Assembly: GCA_032718475.1 (NCBI GenBank)
Contig: JAUCBJ010008295.1
Location: 1-64,000 of the forward strand
Direction: 5' to 3'
Source: Nemertoderma westbladi
Lineage: Eukaryota > Animalia > Xenacoelomorpha
Length of the DNA stretch: 64,000 bases
Position 1 is the first letter of the stretch. Each line of letters opens with the position of its first letter. Shown one piece after another: positions 26,996-41,447 of this stretch. Below the pieces are notes generated by a model, which searched no databases, was not told where the DNA came from, and saw nothing but the letters and a program-made list of their open reading frames with translations. The position numbers were made by a program, and so were the translations under genes.

Positions 26996-29198
26996 GACTA
27001 GGTATGTACAGTTGAATGCCTACTGCTATATTACAGTCTAAGCAAGTCTAGTAACTCAGTATGAACTGCTAGCCTAGTAATTAATTACCGTTACTGCTAC
27101 TCAGTGTAGCGTGATATATATATAATATATTAGAATACCGGTATACTTATAGTATATATAACTATATAAGTATTATTACAGACTAGGTTTATCACAGAAT
27201 ACCGGTATAATTTTAGCACAAATATATATAAATATATAATAGGCCTATCGGAATACCGGTATACAGCTTACAGTTTGTAGGATATATAATTCTGAAATAG
27301 AATTAATTACAAGTACCGGTATAATTTCAGCCTAGATTTATAGAAATAAAGATAATAGGCCTATCGTAAATACCGGTATATCAATTATTTCAAATAATTG
27401 AATTTCTGTTACTTTAGGGTTACTTTGTTACTTTACTTACTTTATTACCGTTATTTGAGCAGTAATCCAACTGATATTGGGACCTAATGGTTGTATGGTA
27501 GGCCTACTATTTATAAATCGTTAGATTTGATTTATAATATATATATACCCGTTTTAATGGGTTTTGTCAATGTTTGAAATAAATGTTATTATTTCTGGGG
27601 GTAATCACTACACAAAGCGGTGCGCTTTCAATGAAGTGTTACTTATGAGACACTAAAACAAATAATACTAATTTACCTAAGTTACTTAATACTACAAATT
27701 ACGTACAATTCGGGTGAGATTACAATCTCTAAATAAACACAAAAATTTACAAAAACACAAAATACGAATTTTTAGGGTAATTTTACAAGAAGTCTACAAA
27801 CCAGCCTAACAAAGGGTTAGAAAACCGGTTATTACAACGGACAGGGTACTACGGTATTTGAAATAATAAGTAGTAGTAAATACACTGCGTTGTCTAGATA
27901 GGAAAATACCACCGCCTGACGACCTATAGCCGTATCGCTATAGGTTCTACGTTATGTATCACGGAGTGTTCCTACCTAGAAGTTAATAGAGCTAATCGAA
28001 TGTGCCTATCAACCACTTTACAACACAAATATAATGCCTACACTAATTACTTTCGGAAAGCACTGTACACTAAACCCTAAATTAGGTACGAGTACTTGTA
28101 CAACAGATAATCAGTAGTTAAATATACTTGAACAGCTAAAAGAACCACGGCATCTGCTGGAGTGACCGATGCACAAAATCACCAGTCTTTACCTACGCCG
28201 AGCAGCCCGTGTAGTACCGGGGTTAATTTAACTATAGCGGTATGTATAACAAACACAATTACTGTAGGAACAAACTTGGGGAATGAATGTTGCGAATAAT
28301 CGCATAAACTCTGAATAATAAATATTACGCTACGCGTACAAACTACTCAAACAAAATACAGACCGAACACTGACAGACTACTATCAAGCCTAAACAAACT
28401 ACAGGTACATGCAGACTCCGAAATGATTAGGGAGTATGCGCTCTAACCCAGTAGTGCGACTTATTCTTTAGTTGGGGGTTTACCTTACCGCGTTCGCTGC
28501 CCCTACTTCCTAACCGTACTTAATCGGACAGAGTGATCTACACACGCTGCAATCCGCTCAGACCTAATAACAGCCAGACAACTATCCAGCCTACAAATTA
28601 TCTAAATAAAATTATACGCTACCCGTACAGACTTACACAAACAAAGTACAGACTAAACGATGGCAGACTACTCTCAAGCCTAAATAAACCACAGGACATG
28701 CAGACTCCGAAATGATTAGGGAGTATGCGCTCTAACCCAGTAGTGCGACTTATTCTTTAGTTGGGGGTTTACCTTACCGCGTTCGCTGCCCCTACTGCCT
28801 AACCGTACTTAATCGGACAGGTGCTCTACACACACTGCAATTCGTTCGGACTTAACAGCAATCAGACAACAGCTCAGCCTACAAATCGTCTGTACAATCT
28901 GATCAGGCTTACACGCCTTCTGTTCAATACTGGCCTACAAATAAATAAAACTTGACAGAAATAAGTAAAATCTCAATAAAAAATCAGGGCGGCCGTTCCC
29001 TGATTAAGTACTAAGACCTACCGGTATACAACTATCAAAATCGAATAATACTGCTGTACCTGTACTGCTGTAGGTACCGGTCCGAGTGGTTAGGTAGTCA
29101 GGCCTACTGGTACCGGTTCTGGCAGTTGGGCCTACTGACCTACAGATGTACCGGTTGACCGGTACTTTCAACTTTATTGCTTACTGCAACAAAGAAGC

Positions 29199-29210
29199 TA
29201 TATCCTTTAA
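29199..29210 (-). promoter_or_regulatory. Non-tRNA primer-binding site of E2, complementary to LTR segment 29971-29982
   Basis: TATATCCTTTAA (29199-29210) is the reverse complement of TTAAAGGATATA (29971-29982) and abuts the LTR. Confidence 0.8.
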
Positions 29211-30447
29211 TGTTCGCGCTTTCAGACCTTTGGCAGTTTAACCCACCAAATTAAGATGTCTTCTAGATATTAAATCAGTTTTTAGTCTATGACAAGTATT
29301 TGATTCACTACACTAGTCGAAACCAATCCGTGCGCGACCATTCACCCGCTGGAGATTCCCGGGAGATTGGGTTCGACGGTTTAATTTTATTGCTATGTAA
29401 GCCTAATGTATTATTCGACTGACAGTATTATATAATCTCTGACAATATTATTCACCTTCGGTAATATTAACAGTTCCTTTAGGACGTGGCGCTTTATCTA
29501 TATAAACAGAGTTATGACTTAAACTACTCACAACGATATGGCTTAATTATAATTCACATATATGGCGCATTCTTTAGGAATTGCTTCTTTAACAGACTCA
29601 CTCATACACAATGCTGCACAATACTGCACACTAATCTGCCAATCTTCACTGATTTTAGTCACATATAAAAGGAACACAGACTGAATCATGTAGGGTCTAT
29701 CAAATAACATTAGATTCACTTCAAACCACTTTAACATAAGTCACAATCGTTATTGGTAACCTTTCTCTCTTACCTTCGGTATATCAAGAATATTGGGTTT
29801 CGGGGTTATTTATCGTTATTCCAAATATAATAATTCATCAACCATATTATGAAGAACTGACGGTAAATAGCAGTATAAAACAACAATGAAAACACTGATT
29901 GTTATGAGTTTGCAATGTTTCAGCAGTCAGTATGTATGATCAGTTAGCAGTGATTCCATGAGTCAGGTAGTTAAAGGATATATGTCCTTGTAATTAAACC
30001 TACTAGTGTAAGACTAAAAACAGTAAAGCACAAAATACTTCCAAGCCGTTCTTTCTTTGGCTCAGGACTGAATGTAAACACTGCACATAGGCATTGCGTC
30101 ATTTCTCGGAAATTTTCTGTACAAGGAGCCACAAAAACGCTCTAATTGGCTGACTGAACTGAGAGACGCCGTAGAACAAAGGAAATCAACACGTATGAAT
30201 GTCAGCTGTTAACCGTAGTCATAGTAACTACTGTTCAAGAGTAGCTATCACCCCTTTGCGTCACGAATTGCCATAGAATCATAAAATATGCCTTTCACAG
30301 TACACATACGGAGGAAATAGGTCTTAGATCCTCTAAAAACACCGATACAGCAATAATACGGTCTCTTACACTTATTAAATCAACTACAGAGTATTTTAAT
30401 GTAAAAGATAATAAAAATAACGGGGCAATTCAGCAAAGGCTTTTACA
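29211..30447 (-). repeat. 5' LTR of E2 (1237 bp)
   Basis: Homologous to 16517-17754, with TG...CA termini. Confidence 0.92.
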
Positions 30448-31581
30448 GGATGAAAATAGTTTGTAGGCGGGGGTCCAGTAAGCTTCCTGTCCCTGTCCAT
30501 ATGACACAGTATAGGACATAAACACCACTACTTTCTTTCATTTTACTGACTTCTGCATACCGTTCATCACATGCTGTAGATAATCATATAGGCGTCGCTT
30601 TTTATTCATTCATTAGCTACACAGCTACAGGCGTTTGAAAAAGGTGTCTTAGTCGATATTGCACTAGATAGGCCTACACTTCAACTTTATAGTGATTTGT
30701 TTATACTCGACTTGGTTGAACGGCCTATAGGTAGTTGGCATTATTACTTAAATAGCTTTAATTAAATATGCTTATAATGTATTTATGATATTGAACTTTT
30801 CTTTTTAGTCAGTATTTTAGGTATCTATAGTAGTATTTCGTTTTTGCATGCATTACATTATTACATATTGTAGGTATAATATTGTAAACTGTATACTATA
30901 AGTAGAATGCATCCATTTAAATCACATACGTAATTAAAATTAATAATTAGTCGTGTAATAATTCGATTTTATGGGCGAATGTTTGCTTGGTGTTAATTTT
31001 TGTTTTTAATTTTTTAATTATAACTATATAGTGCATTTTCATTATAATATACTTAATATTTTGTAATTGGGTAAATGGTGACTGGAGTAATATGCTTGCC
31101 CGTCTAGTCACCATCTACACAGAGTATGTTTTATTCAAAATAATTAATATATACAGTAGATACACTATATTTACATGATATGTCCATATATAATACTGTA
31201 TATTTTATTTATACTAGTTATGTGCATGCTCTGTGTGGAAACTGTTCATAAACAATAAGTACTGATGGAAAGCTGGATATGCAAGGATTCCGAATATACT
31301 GTATAACACAAACGGAATTTCGACGTAAAATAGCTAGGATATGAGGGTTCAAAAGGCTATTGAGGGTTCAAAAGGCTATAACCACAAGGCTATTTTATTA
31401 TATTTAACAAATATACATAAATTTAATTTATTAAAATATATTTTTAATAATATTTAATAATAATTAATATTTTTAATTAAATTTATATAATATTCTGAAC
31501 ATTTTGATTATCCAATACACTATCTGAGCAACAATGCAATACCTGTTTAATCATACTCATACTATAGCTAATCATATATTA

Positions 31582-32425
31582 ACTACTACTACTACTACTA
31601 GGATCGGCATGCTGCATTGCAGCTGCATTTTTAAGAATGCTGTGTCGGCTTGTCGACTAAATTGCGCCGCCACAACTCCCTATCACCCATGACATTTGCT
31701 AAATCATCCGCATCTTCAAGGCCAGTGTCCTTTAAGATGCGTCTCAAGAAAGTCATGGTCTGTCCACCATGCTTATTCACTCCATGAAGCTGCTAAAGTA
31801 CAAGATTATGCACTGGCTGGTCCTCACGGCGAAAGCAATGTCCTGCAAAGCGGAGGCGATTTTGTTCTAGTGTCAAAGCTTGGGGGAACCAATGAGACAC
31901 CTCCAATGTTATATAGTGTCTGGTTGAAGATGTGTGCATTTGTACTTGATACAATTAATCCGGCGTAGCATTCTTGTGAATGTGCCATCCAGAGATTTGG
32001 TGTCCTCAGCAGTTAGAGCCTAGCATGGACTCCCATGGAGGAGTACTGGAACTACTGCTGCTCCAAATAGTCGGACCTTAAGTTTCCGATTAATTCTCGG
32101 TGACTTCCAAATCCTGGAAAGCATATTCAAGGCTGCCCATGCCTTTCCCCTTACGTATTCGAAGGTCCTCACCTGACTTCCGGATCCATCATCCCAGGTA
32201 ACAGAAGTCGTCCACATGCTCAAGCATACCACCCTTTGAGCTTATGCTCATCGGATCAGTGACTTGCTGAGAACTTTCAAAGTTAACTGTCAAAATTTTG
32301 GTCTTTCTGGAGTTAATAAAAAGACCAACACTAGAAGCAGCATGTTCTAAATGAGCTGAGGAGCCGTTGGGCAGTTGGGCTCCCTCTATAGTGATTCTGA
32401 GAGTACTCCTAAGTCATCAGCAAAT
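31582..32425 (-). mobile_element. Degenerate 3' fragment of an RTE-like non-LTR retrotransposon
   Basis: KAWAALNMLSRIWKSP...LKVRLF.A.V.PVLLHG is the post-RT region typical of RTE-type LINEs. A (TAG)n tail lies at 31582-31600. Confidence 0.7.
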
Positions 32426-32969
32426 GTTCCAGAATATGGTGTAGGGTTATTAAATACTGTATAATGAAATAGCCTCATGCAGGTGCAAAACCATGCAACT
32501 TTTGAAAGCTATAATATCACAGCTATTTCCCAACCAAATTAAAATGTTGTTACATTTGGAATTCTTGCACGTCCGGCCAGCTTTCCATCGGTACCCTATA
32601 AAGTTGAAGAATAACGCGGTGTAGGTGCAATTTCACCGCAGACATATTTTTAGAACGCTTGTAGCCCCTCACAATAATCTTATAAAGTGCTACTCGATGT
32701 AGATTATAAGTCTTTGAGTAAACAGTTAATAATCTTTCACGTGGCACATGGCTGCCACAATATGTTTTTATTTTTTTTCTCCACATGGCCTGAGGCGTGG
32801 CTATGCCATTTTTGTTTGCTTTTGTTGCTTTATTTATAGGTAAAATGACCCACCGGCAGACGGGTGTGATTTATCAACGGCAGCCGTGTAAAAGCTTACC
32901 AACTAGTGTAATACTCAACCACTTGGATAGATGTTGAATTTCGCTCAATTGAAAATGAATAAAAAATGC

Positions 32970-33190
32970 GGTGTTTCGCGCTTACATTTTTTTTAAATCG
33001 AATGAACGATAATATAAAAATCTAAGTTCGCACCCGATCTAAGTTCGCGTCTAGGATCTAAGGTCGAACCACTATTATAGTACACCCCGGATCTAATTCC
33101 GTGTCTATGAAGTTCCCGTCCTGTAATATCTATAGATCTAGCGAAATATGCGAGTCCTGACAGCCTGAAGTCCTGGTCGGAAGTCAGAAC
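32970..33190 (+). promoter_or_regulatory. Candidate promoter region of NAA50
   Basis: CpG-richer stretch upstream of the ORF with TTTCGCGC (32974, E2F-like) and CGGAAGT (33178, ETS-like). Motif inspection only. Confidence 0.3.
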
Positions 33191-33580
33191 GTCTGCTAAT
33201 CCTGTAATCAGATAAACTTTATTTGTAATGCTGTACCGGTTACCGGTAGAGCAGTACTAGGTTTACTACTGTACAGTACTACAGAAGAGCGGTAATGCTG
33301 TAATGCTGTAATGCTAATGCAGTAATGTCTAAATACAGAAATACAGTCGACTGTTGACTGTAACTGGTAACTGTACCTGTGTACGACTGTAGCATTATAC
33401 CGATCCGGTAATATTACCGGTACTGGTACCAGGCACCAGGCAGCCAGGTACATATGTACATATTACTGTATTAATACAGTAATATCAGTATCAGATACTG
33501 AGATAGGCAGATAGGTGTCAGATTATAAATAAATACGGTAATTTAATTAGCCTACTGGTTAGCTGTAGGGTTATGCAGTT

Positions 33581-34366
33581 ATGGGTAAAGACAAGGACGT
33601 ATCCGTATTATTCCCCAGCGTGACTTCATTCCCGAAGACGAACCCAACATCGACATGCTCCACCCCGGGGCGTTACGGTGGCCGTATAGACCTGGGAACT
33701 ATAACCCAACACAATCTGCAGCAACTGAAACGACTCAACCAGGTGGTATTCCCGGTGGCCTATAACGAGAAGTTCTACATCGACGTTCTGCATGTTGGAG
33801 ACCTCGCCAAACTCGCCTACTTTAACGACATTGCAGTCGGCGCTGTTTGCTGTCGAATCGACACCTCCAACAACCAACGTCGTCTCTACATAATGACTCT
33901 GGGGTGTCTGGCGGCTTACCGTAATATGGGAATCGGTAAGGTGATGGTTGATCACGTGTTGAGTTTGTGTGAGACAGACGGGAAGATGGACGGCGTCTAC
34001 CTCCACGTGCAGATAAGCAACGATAGCGCGATCGAATTCTATAGACGGTTCGGGTTCGAGATAATCGATGTCCGCGAGAACTATTACAAGAGGATTGAGC
34101 CACCGGATGCTTATGTTCTACAGAAAACGTTGCGAGGGACCCCGCCCAAACCGTTGTCGTGGCCTAACAGGGTGGATAACGGGGTAGATGTGGATAGGGG
34201 GGGTGGGGTGGAGAACGGGATAGAGGGGGGCAGAGAGGGTGGAGTGGAGAATGGGAATGCCGATAACGTGGCAGAAGCACCCGTTACTCCGGTAGAGAAT
34301 GGTTTAGATAAATCGAACATCAGTGAACCGACTCTGACCGATAACTGCGTTGAATCAACTGATTAG
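33581..34366 (+). CDS. NAA50: N-alpha-acetyltransferase 50 (NatE catalytic subunit, San), intronless CDS
   Basis: RIDLGTITQHNLQQLKRLNQVVFPVAYNEKFY, LYIMTLGCLAAYR..GIG, YLHVQISNDSAIEFY..FGFEI and NYYKRIEP.DA are hallmark NAA50 GNAT motifs. Confidence 0.95.
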   Translation: MGKDKDVSVLFPSVTSFPKTNPTSTCSTPGRYGGRIDLGTITQHNLQQLKRLNQVVFPVAYNEKFYIDVLHVGDLAKLAYFNDIAVGAVCCRIDTSNNQRRLYIMTLGCLAAYRNMGIGKVMVDHVLSLCETDGKMDGVYLHVQISNDSAIEFYRRFGFEIIDVRENYYKRIEPPDAYVLQKTLRGTPPKPLSWPNRVDNGVDVDRGGGVENGIEGGREGGVENGNADNVAEAPVTPVENGLDKSNISEPTLTDNCVESTD

Positions 34367-35121
34367 CAAAACGTTTCGATCCACCAAAGTGCTAATTTAT
34401 TGGCTTTAATATTTTATAAATTTGGAAGGAACTTGACTCTCTTTTTTTACCCCGCACCTGTACTAACTAGGTCTACCCTTTAATCCTACAGTATGTCTGT
34501 ATGATACAATATTATGTAGATATAATACAATAATGTTTAATTTGTTACAAGTTATTTGAGTTTTTCGATATTCCTGTCTCTTATATAAAAACTAATCGAT
34601 GTAATCTGCACAGATAAGGGCGGGACTTTCGACGCAATAAAAATTCTTTCTTCTCCAGGGGAAAATCGACGCAAATAACAGCTGATTACTCCTAAAAATA
34701 AAACTGTAACCTGTTCTATTAATTTTAGTTTATTGTTTTGATTAGAATAACGTGCCACTGTAACCTGCTCCTTTCCCTAAATTGAGAATTTCAAATTGAG
34801 ACTAGCTGAGATGGGATTCGCGTCGAAATTCCCCCCCACCCCCCTGTCTCAATCTGGTGACCGCAGTTAACCGTGGTGGGATTAATAAATGTTTTGCGAT
34901 TAAACGATAATTAATTACGTTATTAATTATCACATTGTAAAATTTCTGATCCGCCCAAGATCAGGAAAATAAAATTAAAACTCTAATATGTACAAACAGG
35001 AATAAATAATAAGAATATAGTTCATAGTATCAGCTGGTTTTGGCTGCGTTAAAAAAAAACACTAAATCTGCCTCACACAAGTAAAAATGGCCCACTATGA
35101 ATACACCATCTCAGCTATCAG

Positions 35122-37187
35122 ATTCATAGATACAGAGGACATTGATGGGGGTGAGTGGGTTCATAGATATGGAGGACATTGATGGGGGTGAGTGGGTTCA
35201 TAGATATAGAGGACATTGATGGGGGTGAGTGGGTTCATAGATATGGAGGACATTGATGGGGGTGAGTGGGTTCATAGATATAGAGGACATTGATGGGGGT
35301 GAGTGGGTTCATAGATATAGAGGGCATTGATGGGAGTGAGTGGGTTCATAAGGTACAGAGGACATTGATGGAGGTGAGTGGGTTCATAGATATAGAGGAC
35401 ATTGATGGGGGTGAGTGGGTTCATAGTTATAGAGGACATTGATGAAGGTGAGTGGGTTGTGGGTTCAGAGATATAGAGGACATTGATGGGGGTGAGTGGG
35501 TGCAGAGATATAGAGGACATTGATGGGGGTGAGTGGGTGCAGAGATATAGAGGACATTGATGGGGGTGAGTGGGTTCACAGATATAGAGGACATTGATGG
35601 AGGTGAGTGGGTTCACAGATATAGAGGACATTGATGGAGGTGAGTGGGTTCATAGATATAGAGGACATTGATGGAGGTGAGTGGGTTCACAGATATAGAG
35701 GACATTGATGGAGGTGAGTGGGTTGTGGGTTCATAGATATAGAGGACATTGATGGGGGTGAGTGGGTTCATAGATATCGAGGACATTGATGGGGTGAGGG
35801 GGTTCATAAATATAGAGGACATTGATGGGGGTGAGTGGGTTCATAGATATAGAGGACATCGATGGAGGTGAGTGGGTTCATAGATACAGAGGACATTGAT
35901 GGGGGTGAGTGGGTTCATAGATACAGAGGACATTGATGGGGTGAGTGGGTTCATAGATACAGAGGACATTGATGGGGGGGGGGGGGGGTGAGTGGGTTCA
36001 TATATATAGAGGACATTGATGGGGGTGAGTGGGTTCATAGATATAGAGGACATTGATGGAGGTGAGTGGGTTGTGGGTTCAGAGATATAGAGGATATTGA
36101 TGGAGGTGAGTTGGTTCATAGATATAGAGGACATTGATGGAGGTGAGTGGGTTGTGGGTTCAGAGATATAGAGGACATTGATGGAGGTGAGTGGATTGTG
36201 GGTTCATAGATATAGAGGACATTGATTGGGTGAGTGGGTTCATAGATATAGAGGACATTGATGGGGGTGAGTGGGTTCATAGATATAGAGGGCATTGATG
36301 GAGGTGAGTGGATTGTGGGTTCAGAGATATAGAGGACATTGATGGGGTGAGTGGGTTCATAGATATAGAGGACATTGATGGGGGTGAGTGGGTTCATAGA
36401 TATAGAGGACATTGATGGAGGTGAGTGGATTGTGGGTTCATAGATTTAGAGGACATTGGTTGGGGTGAGTGGGTTCATAGATATAGAGGACATTGATGGG
36501 GGTGAGTGGGTTCATAGATATAGAGGACATTGATGGAGGTGAGTGGATTGTGGGTTCATAGATATAGAGGACATTGGTTGGGGTGAGTGGGTTCATAGAT
36601 ATAGAGGACATTGATGGAGGTGAGTGGGTTGTGGGTTCAGAGATATAGAGGACATTGATGGAGGTGAGTGGGTTCATAGATATAGAGGACATTGATTGGG
36701 TGAGTGGGTTCATAGATATAGAGGACATTGATGGGGGTGAGTGGGTTCATAGATATAGAGGACATTGATGGGGTTGAGTGGGTTCATAGATATAGAGGAC
36801 ATTGATGGGGTGAGTGGGTTCATAGATATAGAAGACATTGATGGGGGTGAGTGGGTTCATAGATATAGAGGACATTGATGGGGTGAGTGGGTTCATAGAT
36901 ATAGAAGACATTGATGGGGGTGAGTGGGTTCATAGATATAGAGGACATTGATGGGGGTGAGTGGATTGTGGGTTCAGAGATATAGAGGACATTGATGGGG
37001 TGAGTGGGTTCATAGATATAGAGGACATTGATGGGGTTGAGTGGGTTCATAGATATAGAGGACATTGATGGGGTGAGTGGGTTCATAGATATAGAAGACA
37101 TTGATGGGGGTGAGTGGATTCATAGATATAGAGGACATTGATGGGGGTGAGTGGGTTCATAGATATAGAGGACACTGATGGGGGTGA
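35122..37187. repeat. 37-bp minisatellite (TCATAGATATAGAGGACATTGATGGGGGTGAGTGGGT)
   Basis: Direct tandem periodicity, with variants carrying a 7-bp TGTGGGT duplication. Confidence 0.97.
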
Positions 37188-40100
37188 GAATCACTTTTAT
37201 TTACACACTCAATCACTTTTATTTACACACTCAATCACTTTTATTTCCACACTCAATCACTTTTATTTACACAGTCAATCACTTTTATTTACACGCTCAA
37301 TCACTTTTATTTACACACTCAATCACTTGTATTTCCACACTCAATCACTTTTATTTACACACTCAATCACTTGTATTTCCACACTCAATCACTTTTATTT
37401 ACACACTCAATTACTTGTATTTCCACACTCAATCACTTTTATTTACACACTCAATCACTTTTATTTACACACTCAATCACTTTTATTTACACACTCAATC
37501 ACTTTTATTTACACACTCAATCACTTTTATTTACACACTCAATCACTTGTATTTACACACTCAATCACTTTTAGTTACACACTCAATCACTTGTATTTCC
37601 ACACTCAATCACTTTTATTTACACACTCAATCACTTGTATTTACACACTCAATCACTTGTATTTCCACACTCAATCACTTTTATTTACATACTCAATCAC
37701 TTTTATTTACACACTCAATCACTTTTATTTACACAGTCAATCACTTTTATTTACACACTCAATCACTTTTATTTACACACTCAATCACTTGTATTTCCAC
37801 ACTCAATCACTTTTATTTACACACTCAATCACTTTTATTTACACACTCAATCACTTTTATTTACACACTCAATCACTTGTATTTCCACACTCAATCACTT
37901 TTATTTACACACTCAATCACTTGTATTTCCACACTCAATCACTTTTATTTACACACTCAATCACTTTTATTTACACACTCAATCACTTTTATTTACACAC
38001 TCAATCACATTTATTTACACACTCAATCACTTGTATTTCCACACTCAATCACTTGTATTTCCACACTCAATCACTTTTATTTACACAGTCAATCACTTTT
38101 ATTTACACACTGAATCAGTTGTATTTCCACACTCAATCACTTTTATTTACATACTCAATCACTTTTATTTACACACTCAATCACTTTTATTTACACACTC
38201 AATCACTTGTATTTCCACACTCAATTACTTTTATTTACACACTCAATCACTTTTATTTACACACTCAATCACTTTTATTTACACACTCAATCACTTTTAT
38301 TTACACACTCAATCACTTTTATTTACACACTCAATCACTTTTATTTACACACTCAATCACTTGTATTTACACACTCAATCACTTTTAGTTACACACTCAA
38401 TCACTTGTATTTCCACACTCAATCACTTTTATTTACACACTCAATCACTTGTATTTACACACTCAATCACTTGTATTTCCACACTCAATCACTTTTATTT
38501 ACATACTCAATCACTTTTATTTACACACTCAATCACTTTTATTTACACAGTCAATCACTTTTATTTACACACTCAATCACTTTTATTTACACACTCAATC
38601 ACTTGTATTTCCACACTCAATCACTTTTATTTACACACTCAATCACTTTTATTTACACACTCAATCACTTGTATTTCCACACTCAATCACTTTTATTTAC
38701 ACACTCAATCACTTGTATTTCCACACTCAATCACTTTTATTTACACACTCAATCACTTTTATTTACACACTCAATCACTTTTATTTACACACTCAATCAC
38801 ATTTATTTACACACTCAATCACTTGTATTTCCACACTCAATCACTTGTATTTCCACACTCAATCACTTTTATTTACACAGTCAATCACTTTTATTTACAC
38901 ACTCAATCAGTTGTATTTCCACACTCAATCACTTTTATTTACATACTCAATCACTTTTATTTACACACTCAATCACTTTTATTTACACACTCAATCACTT
39001 GTATTTCCACACTCAATCACTTTTATTTACACACTCAATCACTTTTATTTACACACTCAATCACTTTTATTTACACACTCAATCACTTTTATTTACACAC
39101 TCAATCACTTGTATTTCCACACTCAATCACTTTTATTTACACACTCAATCACTTTTATTTACGCACTCAATCACTTGTATTTCCACACTCAATCACTTTT
39201 ATTTACACACTCAATCACATTTATTTACACACTCAATCACTTGTATTTCCACACTCAATCACTTTTATTTACACACTCAATTACTTGTATTTCCACACTC
39301 AATCACTTTTATTTACACACTCAATCACTTTTATTTACACACTCAATCACTTTTATTTACACACTCAATCACTTTTATTTACACACTCAATCACTTTTAT
39401 TTACACACCCAATCACTTGTATTTCCACACTCAATCACTTTTATTTACACACTCAATCACTTTTATTTACACACTCAATCACTTTTAGTTACACACTCAA
39501 TCACTTGTATTTCTACACTCAATCACTTTTATTTACACACTCAATCACTTGTATTTACACACTCAATCACTTGTATTTCCACACTCAATCACTTTTATTT
39601 ACATACTCAATCACTTTTATTTACACACTCAATCACTTTTATTTACACAGTCAATCACTTTTATTTACACACTCAATCACTTTTATTTACACACTCAATC
39701 ACTTGTATTTCCACACTCAATCACTTTTATTTACACACTCAATCACTTTTATTTACACACTCAATCACTTTTATTTACACACTCAATCACTTGTATTTCC
39801 ACACTCAATCACTTTTATTTACACACTCAATCACTTGTATTTCCACACTCAATCACTTTTATTTACACACTCAATCACTTTTATTTACACACTCAAATCA
39901 CTTTTATTTACACACTCAATCACATTTATTTACACACTCAATCACTTGTATTTCCACACTCAATCACTTGTATTTCCACACTCAATCACTTTTATTTACA
40001 CAGTCAATCACTTTTATTTACACACTCAATCACTTGTATTTCCACACTCAATCACTTTTATTTACATACTCAATCACTTTTATTTACACACTCAATCACT

Positions 40101-40224
40101 TTTATTTACACACTCAATCACTTGTATTTCCACACTCAATCACTTTTATTTACACACTCATTCACTTTTATTTACACACTCAATCACTTTTATTTACACA
40201 CTCAATCACTTTTATTTACACACT
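37188..40224. repeat. 22-bp satellite (AATCACTTTTATTTACACACTC), left arm
   Basis: Direct tandem periodicity, with variant units recurring in higher-order blocks. Confidence 0.98.
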
Positions 40225-41447
40225 TGTAAAAGCCTTTGCTGAATTGCCCCGTTATTTTTATTATCTTTTACATTAAAATACTCTGTAGTTGATTTAATAG
40301 GTGTAAGAGACCGTATTATTGCTGTATCGGTGTTTTTTAGAGGATCTAAGACCTATTTCCTCCGTATGTGTACTGTGAAAGGCATAGTTGATGATTCTAT
40401 GGCAATTCCATGACGCAAAGGGTGATAGCTACTCTTGAACAGTAGTTACTATGACTACGGTTAACAGCTGATATTCATACGTGTTGATTTTCTTTGTTCT
40501 ACGGCGTCTCTCAGTTCAGTCAGCCAATCAGAGCATTTTTATGGCTCTTGTAGAGAAATTTCCTAGAAATCACGTAATGCTTTATGGGCAGTGTTGACAT
40601 TCTGTCCTGAGCCAGGAGAGAGCGGCTTGGAAATATTTTGTGCTTTTCTGTTTTAGCTTAACACTAGTAGGCTTAATTATAAGGACATATATCCGTTATC
40701 AAACTAATGAACTAAACACACAACACTTAATATCTTACTGACACTGCTTACTGTGTAACACTGTGCATACTTTATATTGTTATACTGCTATTTACTGTCG
40801 GTCCTTCATAATATGGTTGATGAATTATTATATTTGGAATAACGATAAATAACCCCGAAACCCAATATTCTTGATATACCGAAGGTAAGAGAGAAAGGTT
40901 ACATATAACGATTGTGACTTATGTTAAAGTGGTTTGAAGTGAATCTAATGTTATTTGATAGACCCTACATGAGTCAGTCTGTGTTCCTTTTATATGTGAC
41001 TAAAATCAGTGAAGATCGGCAGATTAGTGTGCAGTATTGTGCAGCATTGTGTATGAGTGAGACTGATAACGAAGCATTTCCTAAAGAATGCGCCATATAT
41101 GTGAATTATAACTAAGCCATATCGTTGTGAGTAGTTTAAGTCATAACTCTGTTTTTATAGATAGAGCGCCACGTCCTAAAGGAACTGTTAATACTTCCCG
41201 AAGGTGAATAATATTGTCAGAGATTATATAATACTGTCAGTCGAATAATACATTAGGCTTACATAGCAATAAGATTAAGCCGTCGAACCCAATCTCCCGG
41301 GTATATCCAGCGGGTGAATGATCGCGCACAGATTGGTTTCGACTAGTGTAGTGAATTAAATACTTGTCATAGGTTAAAAGTGATTTATTATCTAGAAGAC
41401 ATCCTAATTTGGCGGGTTAAACTGCCAAAGGTCTGAAAGCGCGAACA
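40225..41447 (+). repeat. 5' LTR of E3
   Basis: TGTAAAAGCC...GCGCGAACA, a direct repeat of 55494-56716. Confidence 0.97.

Larger units (their letters stand above)
16517..30447 (-). mobile_element. BEL/Pao LTR retrotransposon copy E2, non-autonomous (RT, RNase H and integrase deleted)
   Basis: Two LTRs, PPT, gag-protease remnants homologous to E3, and pol reduced to fused fragments. No matching TSD. Confidence 0.92.

Noticed and set aside
37138-40276. Long ORFs (up to 689 aa here and 949 aa at 56905-59754) of HTQSLLFTHSITFIYTLNHFYL repeats
   Set aside because: Artefact of a stop-free 22-bp satellite that is open in all three frames.
40921-41115. 64-aa ORF MLKWFEVNL... recurring at 29543 and 56190, plus the antisense 60-aa ORF
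   Set aside because: It recurs only because it lies inside the LTR. It has no recognisable motif and is not seen as an ORF in the divergent E1 LTR.
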